From IMG/VR virus record IMGVR_UViG_3300032327_000792: a DNA stretch of 64,000 bases; one strand, 5' to 3'. The notes below the pieces were generated by a model. That model searched no databases and was not told where the DNA came from. It saw only the letters and a list, made by a program, of their open reading frames with translations. Made by a program: the position numbers and the translations under genes. The DNA comes from a virus. Taxonomy: Duplodnaviria > Caudoviricetes. Shown one piece after another: positions 17,659 through 27,728 of this stretch; within the stretch, counting starts at the first letter, position 1, and each line of letters begins with the position of its first letter.

Positions 17659-17839
17659 TGCCAATTCCATTACGCAAAAACTTTTCTAACGGGTCTACTT
17701 TAACTAACATAGTACGACCATTGACATTAATAACTTTAAAATAGTCGCCGCTGCGCCAACCCAACTTGTCTGTATTAAGTTCGGCATCTAATACAATTCT
17801 GTTAGGTTCTAAATCCCACTCGTAGTCGTAATATTTCAT
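17651..17839 (-). CDS. Small protein, possibly AbrB-like swapped hairpin
   Basis: LGWRSGDYFKV..NGRTMLVK pattern. Confidence 0.45.
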   Translation of the reverse strand: MKYYDYEWDLEPNRIVLDAELNTDKLGWRSGDYFKVINVNGRTMLVKVDPLEKFLRNGIGNE

Positions 17840-18120
17840 TAGTCACGTCTCGCATCATTCTTGCCGTCGGCACGACTGATACGGTCAACATCAGGACGTA
17901 GACCCAGTGCGTTTGATACCACCGTATCAATACGAATAACATCGTGATTCATTGTTTTGACACGATTGTCCAAAGCAGTAATAATGCCAGCCATGCCTTT
18001 GATAGACGACAATACACCCGCAAGTAAAAGTTTGATAGTCAAGTACACAAAGTATCCGCCTGCCAGCGCCACTGCAACAGGAAATCCTAGATCCCCTATT
18101 AGTTTGAATATTTCGCCCAT
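17839..18120 (-). CDS. Single-TM coiled-coil protein
   Basis: DLGFPVAVALAGGYF TM then LDNRVKTMNHDVIRID; TAAATA and AGGAG RBS. Confidence 0.75.
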   Translation of the reverse strand: MGEIFKLIGDLGFPVAVALAGGYFVYLTIKLLLAGVLSSIKGMAGIITALDNRVKTMNHDVIRIDTVVSNALGLRPDVDRISRADGKNDARRD

Positions 18121-18178
18121 TTTAGCTCCTGTTAATTATGTAGGTATTTATTCGTTTGTAAATATCCAAGGTCAATGC

Positions 18179-19276
18179 TTACTTTTGTACAATAGTAATC
18201 ACTGTTGATCCGCCACGATTGATTTGCTGAGTTACTGGTGCGCTATCTTGCGAAATATTGAGAGTAACATCGGCTTCCTTGTTGATTGTGACCTGTGCAG
18301 TGTGCATAGTTTGTCTGCGTAAAATCAGTTTTAATTCGTCTTCATTGAAACCGTAGGTCAATCCAGATGCCGCATTGTATCCTGGTAACATGGTTTTTTC
18401 AGTCAATAGATTTTCTTGACTTTGTGCCAACTGTCGATTAGAAAGATCCAGCATATTCATCAACATATCTCCGTCGAGGTAGTTAAGGTCTAGATCGCGG
18501 AATGCTGCTAACGGATCTTCATCCAATGCGTTGTATTTCAAGAAGTCTTGATCCAAAAAGTTTATCAATGGATTGTCTCTGGACAGTGCATTAACAGCTT
18601 CTTCTATTTGCGGAGGTGGTTGAACAATCAGCATGTTGTTGATGTTGGCTTGATCCAACACAATGGTCACAGGAATGCTAGGCATGGCTGACAGACTGGC
18701 AACCATGGTGGCTTGATATGCTTGGTCCAGGGTCACTTCGCCTGCGTCATTTGACACAGTAATGGCACCCGTGACACATCCGCGGTTATCGCAACTGGGC
18801 AACAGAATCACAAGACTGCGGCCTAGTTCGTCCACGGTCATTGAAAAGTCTGTGCCACGTACAGCCACAGTGGCAGTGGGAGTTTTCACATCAACATTCT
18901 GTGGGTTGGTCTTGGCAATCTGTCCTGAGGCATACCGAGCTGTGCCTAACACAACTTTCATGGCAATCTTGCCTGATCCTTTTTTGGGATCATACACAAA
19001 GTCATCAATTATCAGTTTTGATTGTTCTGTGATATTGACTGTGGTGTTGTCTTCGAATGTGAGTTTGGCTTTGGCTCGGGCAGTGACAATGGTGTCATTC
19101 ATTTCCACAGGAGAATTCACTGAGGATGGCAGTGATTTTTTAGCACGTACAATTTCTGTTGGACCAGTTTGCTCTGTAATTTTACCTACAGAAGCCAAAC
19201 TAGTCTGACTGAACAATGCTGACAGTATTGCTGTTGCCAGTAGTATTGACTGTGACAGTTTTTGCGGTAAGACCAC
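18179..19276 (-). CDS. FecR-domain secreted protein
   Basis: Signal peptide; V.MNDTIVT..AKAKLTFEDNTTVNITEQSKL.ID..., VKTPTATVAVRGTDF. Confidence 0.85.
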   Translation of the reverse strand: MVLPQKLSQSILLATAILSALFSQTSLASVGKITEQTGPTEIVRAKKSLPSSVNSPVEMNDTIVTARAKAKLTFEDNTTVNITEQSKLIIDDFVYDPKKGSGKIAMKVVLGTARYASGQIAKTNPQNVDVKTPTATVAVRGTDFSMTVDELGRSLVILLPSCDNRGCVTGAITVSNDAGEVTLDQAYQATMVASLSAMPSIPVTIVLDQANINNMLIVQPPPQIEEAVNALSRDNPLINFLDQDFLKYNALDEDPLAAFRDLDLNYLDGDMLMNMLDLSNRQLAQSQENLLTEKTMLPGYNAASGLTYGFNEDELKLILRRQTMHTAQVTINKEADVTLNISQDSAPVTQQINRGGSTVITIVQK

Positions 19277-19832
19277 TCTGTGTTACTCCAATTGTGTTTA
19301 GATCACCTGTGGCAGTGATAATGGTTGTGCTTGCGCCGCTGTTGGTGCTGGTATGGGTCACTGTGTTGGTGTCTCCGCTAATGTTGACAAAACTTGAGTG
19401 GTTAGCACCTGTGCCCAAGTTCTGTGTGATCACGTTGTTGTCACCGGCAACTTGCTGGTTAATTACACTACCACTACAGCCAGCACTTTGCGTGGTTCCA
19501 CAATTGATCACACTTTGGTTGCCTGAACCAGTAATACTCACTGTTGAACTAGTTGATGCACCATTCAACACCATGGCCAACTTATTGTTGCTGCCAATTT
19601 GTTCAATGATTACTGAGTTAGAACCGCCACCAACAAAAGCATCAAGTCCTGCGCCCGGCTCTCCGACTCGGTTGCCTGTGCCATCTTGTGTGATGGTTAT
19701 GGAGGAATTGTCACCAACTTGTTCAATGTAAATTTCGTTGGCAGAAACACCGCTAGACAACATCACTGTTGCCAGCAGTATGGCGGATATATGTTTGACC
19801 AATTCACCAACATTTGTTAATCTTGTTTTCAT
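19200..19832 (-). CDS. Curlin-like repeat protein (CsgA/CsgB-like)
   Basis: Signal peptide then repeats IYIEQVGDN, ITQDGTGN, IEQIGSNN, QQVAGDNN, ATGDLN, TTGNSN. Confidence 0.75.
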   Translation of the reverse strand: MKTRLTNVGELVKHISAILLATVMLSSGVSANEIYIEQVGDNSSITITQDGTGNRVGEPGAGLDAFVGGGSNSVIIEQIGSNNKLAMVLNGASTSSTVSITGSGNQSVINCGTTQSAGCSGSVINQQVAGDNNVITQNLGTGANHSSFVNISGDTNTVTHTSTNSGASTTIITATGDLNTIGVTQSGLTAKTVTVNTTGNSNTVSIVQSD

Positions 19833-19926
19833 TTTATTCAACAAATCGAGTTGGCAAACATATTAGTCTGTACCCCGATCCTCTCCCTGGTCTTTGAGAC
19901 CTTTTTATCATTATATTTACAGGATA

Positions 19927-20991
19927 TCATGGTTTCATTAACCTGTCGCTTTTGACCCAGCCTCGACGACCAACTGAGTCTTGCACTGCCATCCACGAGT
20001 CCGGTCCTGGAGTCACTGTTAACTCTGTGTTTTCTTTCAACATCCATGTACGTTGACTACGTTCGTTGGGTTCTTTGTAGATGTAAGACGCTTCACGAAG
20101 TTTCATAGTTGACACTGACTCTTTGACCACTGCGGGTGGTTTGATTTCTGCCACTGGTTCTACAACCACCGACGTTGCTGTTGTGGTTGCAGGTACAGCA
20201 GATACAACATTGTTGGCTAGTTGTTTGTACTTCCACAGGCCTTTCTTTTCGCCTTCCACAATCATTTCGTAAACGGCCTGTTCAATGGCCACACGTACAG
20301 CATAGGTAGTAGGCTCATTGAGTGCTGCGCCTGATTCAAGTTCCAGACTTCTAGTTCCTTGATCCACAAATCTCAACACACTGACATTGTGCTGAGTACT
20401 GTAGATAGTTTTTGACACTGCCACATTCAACAACACTTCGCCGGAAGATATTGAAATTAGTCTAAGACTGATTACAATTTCATCCACACGATATTGTTGA
20501 CTTCCACCGATACCCAAAAATCTAGCACCATTACCACCTGATCGAATGTTGCTGTCATATCCAATAATGCCGCCTTCCAAGATCAAGCCGGCTACTGTGA
20601 GTGGCTTCAAAGGTTTGGCTTCTTTGCCCTCATAGACTTCACGCTGATTTCTTATGAGTTGACGCTCTTTGATCAAGTTGTCCAGACCCACACGTTCAAC
20701 AACTCGAAACCATTTTTTTGAGTCTTGTAAACTCTTGATCAAAAACACTTCGGATCCTTGTGTGACTGCACTGGAGAACAGAGCTAGATTTGTACTGGAT
20801 TTTTTTTGTCCTGTTAGATCTTTGAATCCATACACTGCCACTGTCATGGGAGCACCATCCAATTCTGGCAGTTTGGTCAACAAGTTCTCTCGAGGGTTCA
20901 ACGCAATAGGATCTTCCTTAGCTAGATCCATGTGAATCTGAGCACACCCCGACAGTGTGATTGCAACAAAAAAGATTAGCAAGTAGCGCAT
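19927..20991 (-). CDS. csgG: Curli secretion channel CsgG with a C-terminal SH3-like extension
   Basis: Lipobox LSGC; VAVYGFKDLTGQ, FSSAVTQG, WFRVVERVGLDNLIKERQ, GGIIGYDSN; tail ...GWVKSD. Confidence 0.9.
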   Translation of the reverse strand: MRYLLIFFVAITLSGCAQIHMDLAKEDPIALNPRENLLTKLPELDGAPMTVAVYGFKDLTGQKKSSTNLALFSSAVTQGSEVFLIKSLQDSKKWFRVVERVGLDNLIKERQLIRNQREVYEGKEAKPLKPLTVAGLILEGGIIGYDSNIRSGGNGARFLGIGGSQQYRVDEIVISLRLISISSGEVLLNVAVSKTIYSTQHNVSVLRFVDQGTRSLELESGAALNEPTTYAVRVAIEQAVYEMIVEGEKKGLWKYKQLANNVVSAVPATTTATSVVVEPVAEIKPPAVVKESVSTMKLREASYIYKEPNERSQRTWMLKENTELTVTPGPDSWMAVQDSVGRRGWVKSDRLMKP

Positions 20992-21434
20992 TAGAATGCA
21001 AAACTCCCTATGGGTACAGTAACCGTGGTAACTCCACCAGCGGCTTCTCTAATAGTCAGCGTAACGTCTGTGCCAGTTTTGATCCAAGAGATGTTGGTGC
21101 CTTGGAACGCCATTTCTCCTGAATTGGCGCCGTCACTGAACATAGCATCTGCCAGTTGCTTTGAGAGTTGAGCATAAATTCTAGACTCTACGTTGACTAA
21201 AAATTTAGCCAGATTGGTATTTTTAGCATCTCGTGCCACCTGATCCGCAGCTGATTTTTCTGCATCTTTGATGGTCTTGCGTCGGTTGGCTTCTAATTGC
21301 TCAATGGTCAACACATGGGTTGAATACCCATTGCCCGGTATAAATGCTGGAGACTGGAAAGAGTGGACCAGCTCTGTGGCCCATGCCGTTGCTGAAAAAA
21401 CAGCGACTATTGTTATTGTTATTATTTTTTTCAT
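20991..21434 (-). CDS. csgF: CsgF-like curli assembly protein
   Basis: Signal peptide; ELVHSFQSPAF.GNG...; FLVNVESRIYAQLSKQL; coupled to csgG. Confidence 0.7.
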   Translation of the reverse strand: MKKIITITIVAVFSATAWATELVHSFQSPAFIPGNGYSTHVLTIEQLEANRRKTIKDAEKSAADQVARDAKNTNLAKFLVNVESRIYAQLSKQLADAMFSDGANSGEMAFQGTNISWIKTGTDVTLTIREAAGGVTTVTVPIGSFAF

Positions 21435-21467
21435 TCTAGATCCTATTAGTATTTAATAGAATCTAGA
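21435..21467 (-). promoter_or_regulatory. RBS-sequestering hairpin containing the late promoter
   Basis: TCTAGATTCTATTA-AATAC-TAATAGGATCTAGA directly before the ATG; TAAATA spans 5' arm and loop, AGGA lies in the 3' arm. Confidence 0.7.
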
Positions 21468-21470
21468 GCA

Positions 21471-21495
21471 AACAATAAACGGCTAGTTTATTGTT
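21471..21495. terminator. Perfect 10-bp hairpin
   Basis: AACAATAAAC-GGCTA-GTTTATTGTT at the end of the 21494 gene. Confidence 0.45.
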
Positions 21496-21736
21496 AGCTG
21501 GGCATTGGCAAACTGGCTAGGACCTTGATCAGTTGATCTGCAAACAGCTTTTGTTCGTGGAATTGTGCTTCGTCTACTATGACTTGTGTTCTAACTAGAT
21601 CTTCAAGTAAGGCCGCTTGTTCATCTGGGGCTATTTGCCCTTGAGCGAATGCTTGATTGATTTCTTGTGCTCTTGTTGCGAGATCAACAATGCCGGCATA
21701 GCCCGGCAACATACCGTACAATGTTTCGTAGCTCAT
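21494..21736 (-). CDS. Hypothetical protein
   Basis: 80 aa; ATGA coupling to the upstream lipoprotein. Confidence 0.65.
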   Translation of the reverse strand: MSYETLYGMLPGYAGIVDLATRAQEINQAFAQGQIAPDEQAALLEDLVRTQVIVDEAQFHEQKLFADQLIKVLASLPMPS

Positions 21737-22134
21737 CTTGGTCTCCTAGCGTTCGTACGCTGAATAATTTCTATTTGTGTGGCAATATTTTTTAATCGCA
21801 ATTCACAGAACACCTTGCTAGGCGCACGGTCAGAATCTCGATATCGCTTGGCAAAGTCAGCAGTGGTATTTTTCAATTCAACAGCCATCTTTTCTGCTGA
21901 TTCATTGTTGGGTATGTATTGAGTATAGAACAGCAACCATGTTGCATCACTGTCTATGTTTTCAGCACTGTATCTTGCCAACTTTGGGTGGTCACAATGT
22001 TGTTCAGTTTGTGCCACATATACAGTGTGTCGAACATCGACCATACGACTGTGTTCGATTGGGTCAAACTTGACAGCACAAGCTGTCAATGCAATGCTAC
22101 TGACTACGAGCAGTTTTTTCAATAATGCCATCAA
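21733..22134 (-). CDS. Lipoprotein
   Basis: Lipobox LTAC; TAAGTA and AGGAGA upstream. Confidence 0.7.
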   Translation of the reverse strand: MMALLKKLLVVSSIALTACAVKFDPIEHSRMVDVRHTVYVAQTEQHCDHPKLARYSAENIDSDATWLLFYTQYIPNNESAEKMAVELKNTTADFAKRYRDSDRAPSKVFCELRLKNIATQIEIIQRTNARRPR

Positions 22135-22465
22135 ACGATTCTCCTGGATCTTGTTGTGTATACTTAGTTATTCTTTCATTTAGACTGGTATAATAGCTAT
22201 CCATGTCGGCGCCCCAATAGCCAAGTAAGTGCTCAAGAGCTTGAGTACAAAAATTCCAATCACGTTTGCGATAATTGATCAACAGATTTTCGTGTAGATT
22301 TTTCATACTTTCGGCTTTGGGCATGTTTAGAATAGGGATAGACTCTACCAAACAATAAGCAGTGACTACCTGATTTGTTGGTAAAATTCGAACTGTATCC
22401 AATTCCAATATGGTGTATTTTTCTTCTACGTTGTGCAAATTCTCTTTGCCAAATATTATGTTCAT
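22097..22465 (-). CDS. Stand-alone paralog of the adenylate cyclase C-terminal region
   Basis: IIFG...KYTILELD..., LHE.LL..YR..DW...G.W..DMD.YY..ER aligns by eye to the last ~120 aa of 11545-13596; AAGGA RBS. Confidence 0.7.
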   Translation of the reverse strand: MNIIFGKENLHNVEEKYTILELDTVRILPTNQVVTAYCLVESIPILNMPKAESMKNLHENLLINYRKRDWNFCTQALEHLLGYWGADMDSYYTSLNERITKYTQQDPGESFDGIIEKTARSQ

Positions 22466-22489
22466 CTTAATTCCTTTTAAATATGTATC

Positions 22490-23278
22490 ATGCAATTTAA
22501 TTTTGATTTAATTTCTGATCTACACATAGAAACTTGGGACAGCTTTGATTGGTCAGGTCAACCTACCAGTCCTTACTGCGTTGTTGCCGGTGATGTTTGT
22601 AGAGATCGCGACGTATTGCGAGATACCTTGCGCCATTTGGGCACTTGTTATCAAGGTGTGTTTTACATCGACGGCAATGATGAACATCGCAACGACCTTG
22701 ATAATCTTGGAGAAAGTTACCAATATCTTGATCAAACTCTGGACAACATCAAAAACGTAGTATACCTTCAGGACAATGTGGTCATCATCAACGGTGTTGC
22801 TATACTGGCCACCAACGGCTGGTGGAGCTACGACATGGATCCTGAAATTGACTATGAACAAAGTCAGTTTTGGTATCAGGACCGCATGCAAACGTTGCCC
22901 GGAACCACGGACTCTATCACCGGTATTGCGTTCAATGACGCCACATACATGCTCAACAGTGTGAAAAAATTACAAACCCACCAAGATGTTCGTAGCATTG
23001 TAATTGTTACTCATACTGTTCCGGCACCTTGGATTTTGAGTCATGATATTGACCTAGTTGACACCTGGCGGTTTAATTGCATGGGTAATCCACACCTACA
23101 GTTATTGCTCAACGAAGACACCGAAAACAAAATTCATACCTGGTGTTTTGGTCACTATCACAAATCAGTAGACCGTGTACACAACGGTATACGCTATGTC
23201 AACAACTGCCGAGGACGAGGTGATACCAAATGGTCTCAGCCGGCATATTACCCTCGACGTATCACTGTTGAGATTTAA
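22490..23278 (+). CDS. Calcineurin-like metallophosphoesterase
   Basis: SDLH, AGD, DGNDEH, VTHTVP, FGHYH. Confidence 0.85.
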   Translation: MQFNFDLISDLHIETWDSFDWSGQPTSPYCVVAGDVCRDRDVLRDTLRHLGTCYQGVFYIDGNDEHRNDLDNLGESYQYLDQTLDNIKNVVYLQDNVVIINGVAILATNGWWSYDMDPEIDYEQSQFWYQDRMQTLPGTTDSITGIAFNDATYMLNSVKKLQTHQDVRSIVIVTHTVPAPWILSHDIDLVDTWRFNCMGNPHLQLLLNEDTENKIHTWCFGHYHKSVDRVHNGIRYVNNCRGRGDTKWSQPAYYPRRITVEI

Positions 23279-23583
23279 ACAGTGTCCGGTTCTAGTTTGA
23301 TTTGTAACGGATAGTCTTGACTGCGTGCAGCCACAGTAACTTCAATGCCTTTTTGTTCTGCTACTTCATAAGGCAACACAGCAACCACAGCTGATCCAGC
23401 ATGATGAATATCTTCTGTAATCTTTAGAGCTGTTTGTGCGGTGTAATTAAAAAAATCAATCAAGGTTTCAATAACAAATTCCATTGACGTTTGATTGTCA
23501 TTGATATAGATGACCTTGAACATTGGAGGTTCTTTAAGTGCGGTATTGTTTTTTGTTTTTGTTACTGCATCTGGTTGTGACAT
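23275..23583 (-). CDS. clpS: Clp protease adaptor ClpS
   Basis: PPMFKVIYINDNQTSMEFV..L..FF...A..I...IH..GSAVV...YEVAEQK. Confidence 0.9.
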   Translation of the reverse strand: MSQPDAVTKTKNNTALKEPPMFKVIYINDNQTSMEFVIETLIDFFNYTAQTALKITEDIHHAGSAVVAVLPYEVAEQKGIEVTVAARSQDYPLQIKLEPDTV

Positions 23584-23642
23584 CCTTGGTCCTTTGTTGG
23601 GTGTGGAGAGCCGATGCCCTCCACAGTATTTACTATATTATA

Positions 23643-24080
23643 TCAGTTTTCGTATGAGATTGCAATAGTCTTTGGCTTGGCTGATTCCGGCACAATGCGT
23701 TCCAACTTCACAGTTAGAATACCGTCACGAGCAATAGCTGTTCTAACTTCAACATAATCTCCCAGGCTAAATGTTCGAATAAACTTACGAGCACTGATAC
23801 CGTGATGTCTGACTACATGTCCTTCGGGCAACACATCAGTTTTTGCTCCAGTGATAATAAGTTCTCCATCTTTGACTGTGATTTCAAGATCTCCTTGACT
23901 GAAACCGGCCACTGCTACCTGTACTTCATAGGTATTCTCGCCAGTTTCCACAATGTTGTATGGTGGGTAATTTGTTGATGCAGCATGATCGATCTGATTC
24001 ACAATACGATCAAACAGTCTATCTACGCCAATGGCGTTGCGATAGAATGGGGTTAGATCAAAAGCAGTAATTTTAGTCAT
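23643..24080 (-). CDS. Small heat shock protein (Hsp20/IbpA-like)
   Basis: IGVDRLF, YPPYNIV, AVAGFS, HGISARKFIRTF.L, GILTVKLER..PE. Confidence 0.93.
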   Translation of the reverse strand: MTKITAFDLTPFYRNAIGVDRLFDRIVNQIDHAASTNYPPYNIVETGENTYEVQVAVAGFSQGDLEITVKDGELIITGAKTDVLPEGHVVRHHGISARKFIRTFSLGDYVEVRTAIARDGILTVKLERIVPESAKPKTIAISYEN

Positions 24081-24156
24081 TTGTTTTCTCCTTTGTTAAG
24101 CAAGTTGACTATACAGTGTGGACCCGACCATCGGCATCCACACATGTATTTATTTA
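24081..24156 (-). ncRNA. ROSE-like RNA thermometer leader, copy 2 (hsp20)
   Basis: TAAATA; stem GTGTGGA-TGCCGA..TCGGG-TCCACAC; CTTGCTT-AACA-AAGGAG. Confidence 0.7.
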
Positions 24157-24175
24157 GACAAGTCTATGATGTCAA

Positions 24176-25807
<1,632 letters not shown>

Positions 25808-26104
25808 TTATTCTCCTTTGTTTACAACTGCCATCACATCATCTTCACGCATGATAAGATATTCTTGATCGTCAATCTTGACTTTTTGTCCTGCTGTTTT
25901 GCTAAACAACACCCGGTCGCCTGTTTGGATAACCATGGGCACAATCTTGCCGTCCACGTCAATTTTGCCTGTGCCTGCGGCCAATACATCGCCTTGGCTG
26001 GGTTTTTCTGCGGCTGCATCAGGAATAAAGATTCCAGACTTGGTCACAGTTTCTGATTCTAGTACTTGGACCACTAATCGGTCACGAATTGGTTTTAACT
26101 TCAT
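25808..26104 (-). CDS. groES: Co-chaperonin GroES
   Basis: [32 protein letters not shown]; start moved to MKLKP (AAGGAG RBS). Confidence 0.97.
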   Translation of the reverse strand: MKLKPIRDRLVVQVLESETVTKSGIFIPDAAAEKPSQGDVLAAGTGKIDVDGKIVPMVIQTGDRVLFSKTAGQKVKIDDQEYLIMREDDVMAVVNKGE

Positions 26105-26142
26105 TTTTTCTCCTTGGATAATTAGAATCTGCGTCAACAGAT

Positions 26143-26172
26143 AGTATAGCACACATCATGGATGTGTGTCAA
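26143..26172 (-). promoter_or_regulatory. sigma70 promoter for groES-groEL with a palindrome in the spacer
   Basis: TTGACA-18 nt-TATACT; inverted repeat CACACATC-ATG-GATGTGTG at 26150-26168. Confidence 0.7.
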
Positions 26173-26188
26173 CGATTATTTTTAGGAT

Positions 26189-26224
26189 TTAAGATGGCCA
26201 GGATGGCCAGAGTGATTTGGTCAT
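26189..26224 (-). pseudogene. 11-aa mini ORF (MTKSLWPSWPS), possible remnant of a second sHsp gene
   Basis: Strong RBS and thermometer leader shared with hsp20; begins MTK like hsp20; internal 9-nt tandem repeat. Confidence 0.4.
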
Positions 26225-26289
26225 GTTATTCTCCTTTGTTAAGCAAGTTTAATCGTTGTAGCCCATTAGGCACTACAACATTATTTATA
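26225..26289 (-). ncRNA. ROSE-like RNA thermometer leader, copy 3
   Basis: TATAAATA; stem GTTGTAG-TGCC-TAAT-GGG-CTACAAC; AACTTGCTTAACAAAGGAGAA identical to the hsp20 leader. Confidence 0.65.
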
Positions 26290-26303
26290 ACACAGATCTG
26301 AGA

Positions 26304-26528
26304 TTAGTACAATTTTTTTGGCAAACTTTGTTTTGCTAGTTCTTTACGATGACGGTTCTTTGCGGCTGCTTTTTTCTTTTTGCGGGCAGTAGTGGGTTTT
26401 TCATAGGTCTCACGTTCGCGAAGATCCTGCAATAGACCTGATTCCATTACCTTTTTCTTGAATTTGCGTAGAGCTTGTTCAACTTTGTCGTCTTTGACCA
26501 GTACTGAATTTCCGTATATGGGTTTCAC
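26304..26528 (-). CDS. rpsU: Ribosomal protein bS21
   Basis: [34 protein letters not shown]. Confidence 0.9.
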   Translation of the reverse strand: MKPIYGNSVLVKDDKVEQALRKFKKKVMESGLLQDLRERETYEKPTTARKKKKAAAKNRHRKELAKQSLPKKLY

Positions 26529-27727
26529 TTATTTTCCTGTGCGAGTGTGGCAGGAATATTTACCTGATCTTTGTTGATAACTACCTTGATAATGTTTTGC
26601 TTGCGGTACTGCGACAGATCAAACATATGCGGCAACAACACACGCTCTAGCTCACTGTGCAGTCCTCGAGCACCTGTTTTTGTGCTGATTGTACGTTCTG
26701 CTATGAGATCCAAACTTTCTGGATCAAATTCTAATTCTACACCATCTTGATCAAATAACCATTTGTATTGTTCTACAAAGTTGTGTTTTACCCCGGTCAA
26801 TATGTTGATCAATTGTTGTTTGGTCAGTTGTTCCAATGATACTGCAACCGGAAAACGTCCTACAAATTCTGGAATTAGTCCAAACCGCACTAGATCATCT
26901 GCAGTATGTTCAACGTGATCTATATTGGTTGCGACCTCTGCACCAAATCCAATACTGGTTCCTTTGACTCGATTTTTCACAATGTTTTCCAGACCCACAA
27001 ATGCTCCACCTGCCACAAACAAGATACGACTGGTGTCAATTTCCACAGTGTCAGATCCTGAGGATTTTTTGTTGCCTTGTGTGGGTATTTTACATTTAGT
27101 ACCTTCTACCAATTTAAGCAATGCCTGTTGCACTCCTTCGCCTGATACGTCTCTGGCCACTGTGGCATTTTCACTTTTGCGACTGATCTTGTCAATTTCA
27201 TCAACAAATATAATGCCACGCTGAGTACGTTCTATGTCATAGTTGGCAGCCGCATACAATCTAGAGATCAATGTTTCAACATCGTCTCCCACATAACCGG
27301 CTTCGGTCAAACAGGTAGCATCTGCAATCACAAAAGGTACGTCAAGATAACGTGCCACAGTACGAGCCAACAGAGTTTTTCCTGTGCCCGTTGGTCCAAT
27401 TATTAAGATGTTGGATTTTTGTATTTCAATTGAGGGATCTGTGTTGGCAATGCGTTTGTAGTGATTGGCAATGGCCACACTCAGTACACGCTTGGCATTG
27501 CTTTGACCAATCACATACTGATCAAGATATTGGTAAATTTCCCTAGGATCAAGATCAACGGAAGAGATTTTTTTGTTTGTTTTTTTGATCGAAGAATCTT
27601 TGAGCAAACCACTGCACAGTTCCACACACTCATTGCAAATTGAAACTTTGTGACTCACAATCAATTTGCCAACTTGATCTTTGTGTTTGTTACAAAAACT
27701 ACAATGATTGATAGAGTTGTCCGTCAT
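26525..27727 (-). CDS. clpX: Clp protease ATP-binding subunit ClpX
   Basis: CSFC..CNEC zinc domain, [32 protein letters not shown] loop, GARGL. Confidence 0.96.
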   Translation of the reverse strand: MTDNSINHCSFCNKHKDQVGKLIVSHKVSICNECVELCSGLLKDSSIKKTNKKISSVDLDPREIYQYLDQYVIGQSNAKRVLSVAIANHYKRIANTDPSIEIQKSNILIIGPTGTGKTLLARTVARYLDVPFVIADATCLTEAGYVGDDVETLISRLYAAANYDIERTQRGIIFVDEIDKISRKSENATVARDVSGEGVQQALLKLVEGTKCKIPTQGNKKSSGSDTVEIDTSRILFVAGGAFVGLENIVKNRVKGTSIGFGAEVATNIDHVEHTADDLVRFGLIPEFVGRFPVAVSLEQLTKQQLINILTGVKHNFVEQYKWLFDQDGVELEFDPESLDLIAERTISTKTGARGLHSELERVLLPHMFDLSQYRKQNIIKVVINKDQVNIPATLAQENK

Positions 27728-27728
27728 A

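Noticed and set aside
18762-19731. Long plus-strand ORFs (148 aa, 171 aa) and similar shadows opposite groEL, clpX, nrdA and 35715-37681
   Set aside because: Antisense shadows of clear minus-strand genes; no RBS or motifs
19834-19911. 25-codon uORF in the curlin leader
   Set aside because: ATG is only 2 nt after TAAATA so likely not in the transcript, and it has no SD; the leader hairpin GGTCT/AGACC is too short to call
26105-26190. CIRCE element upstream of groES
   Set aside because: No TTAGCACTC-N9-GAGTGCTAA; a different palindrome is present
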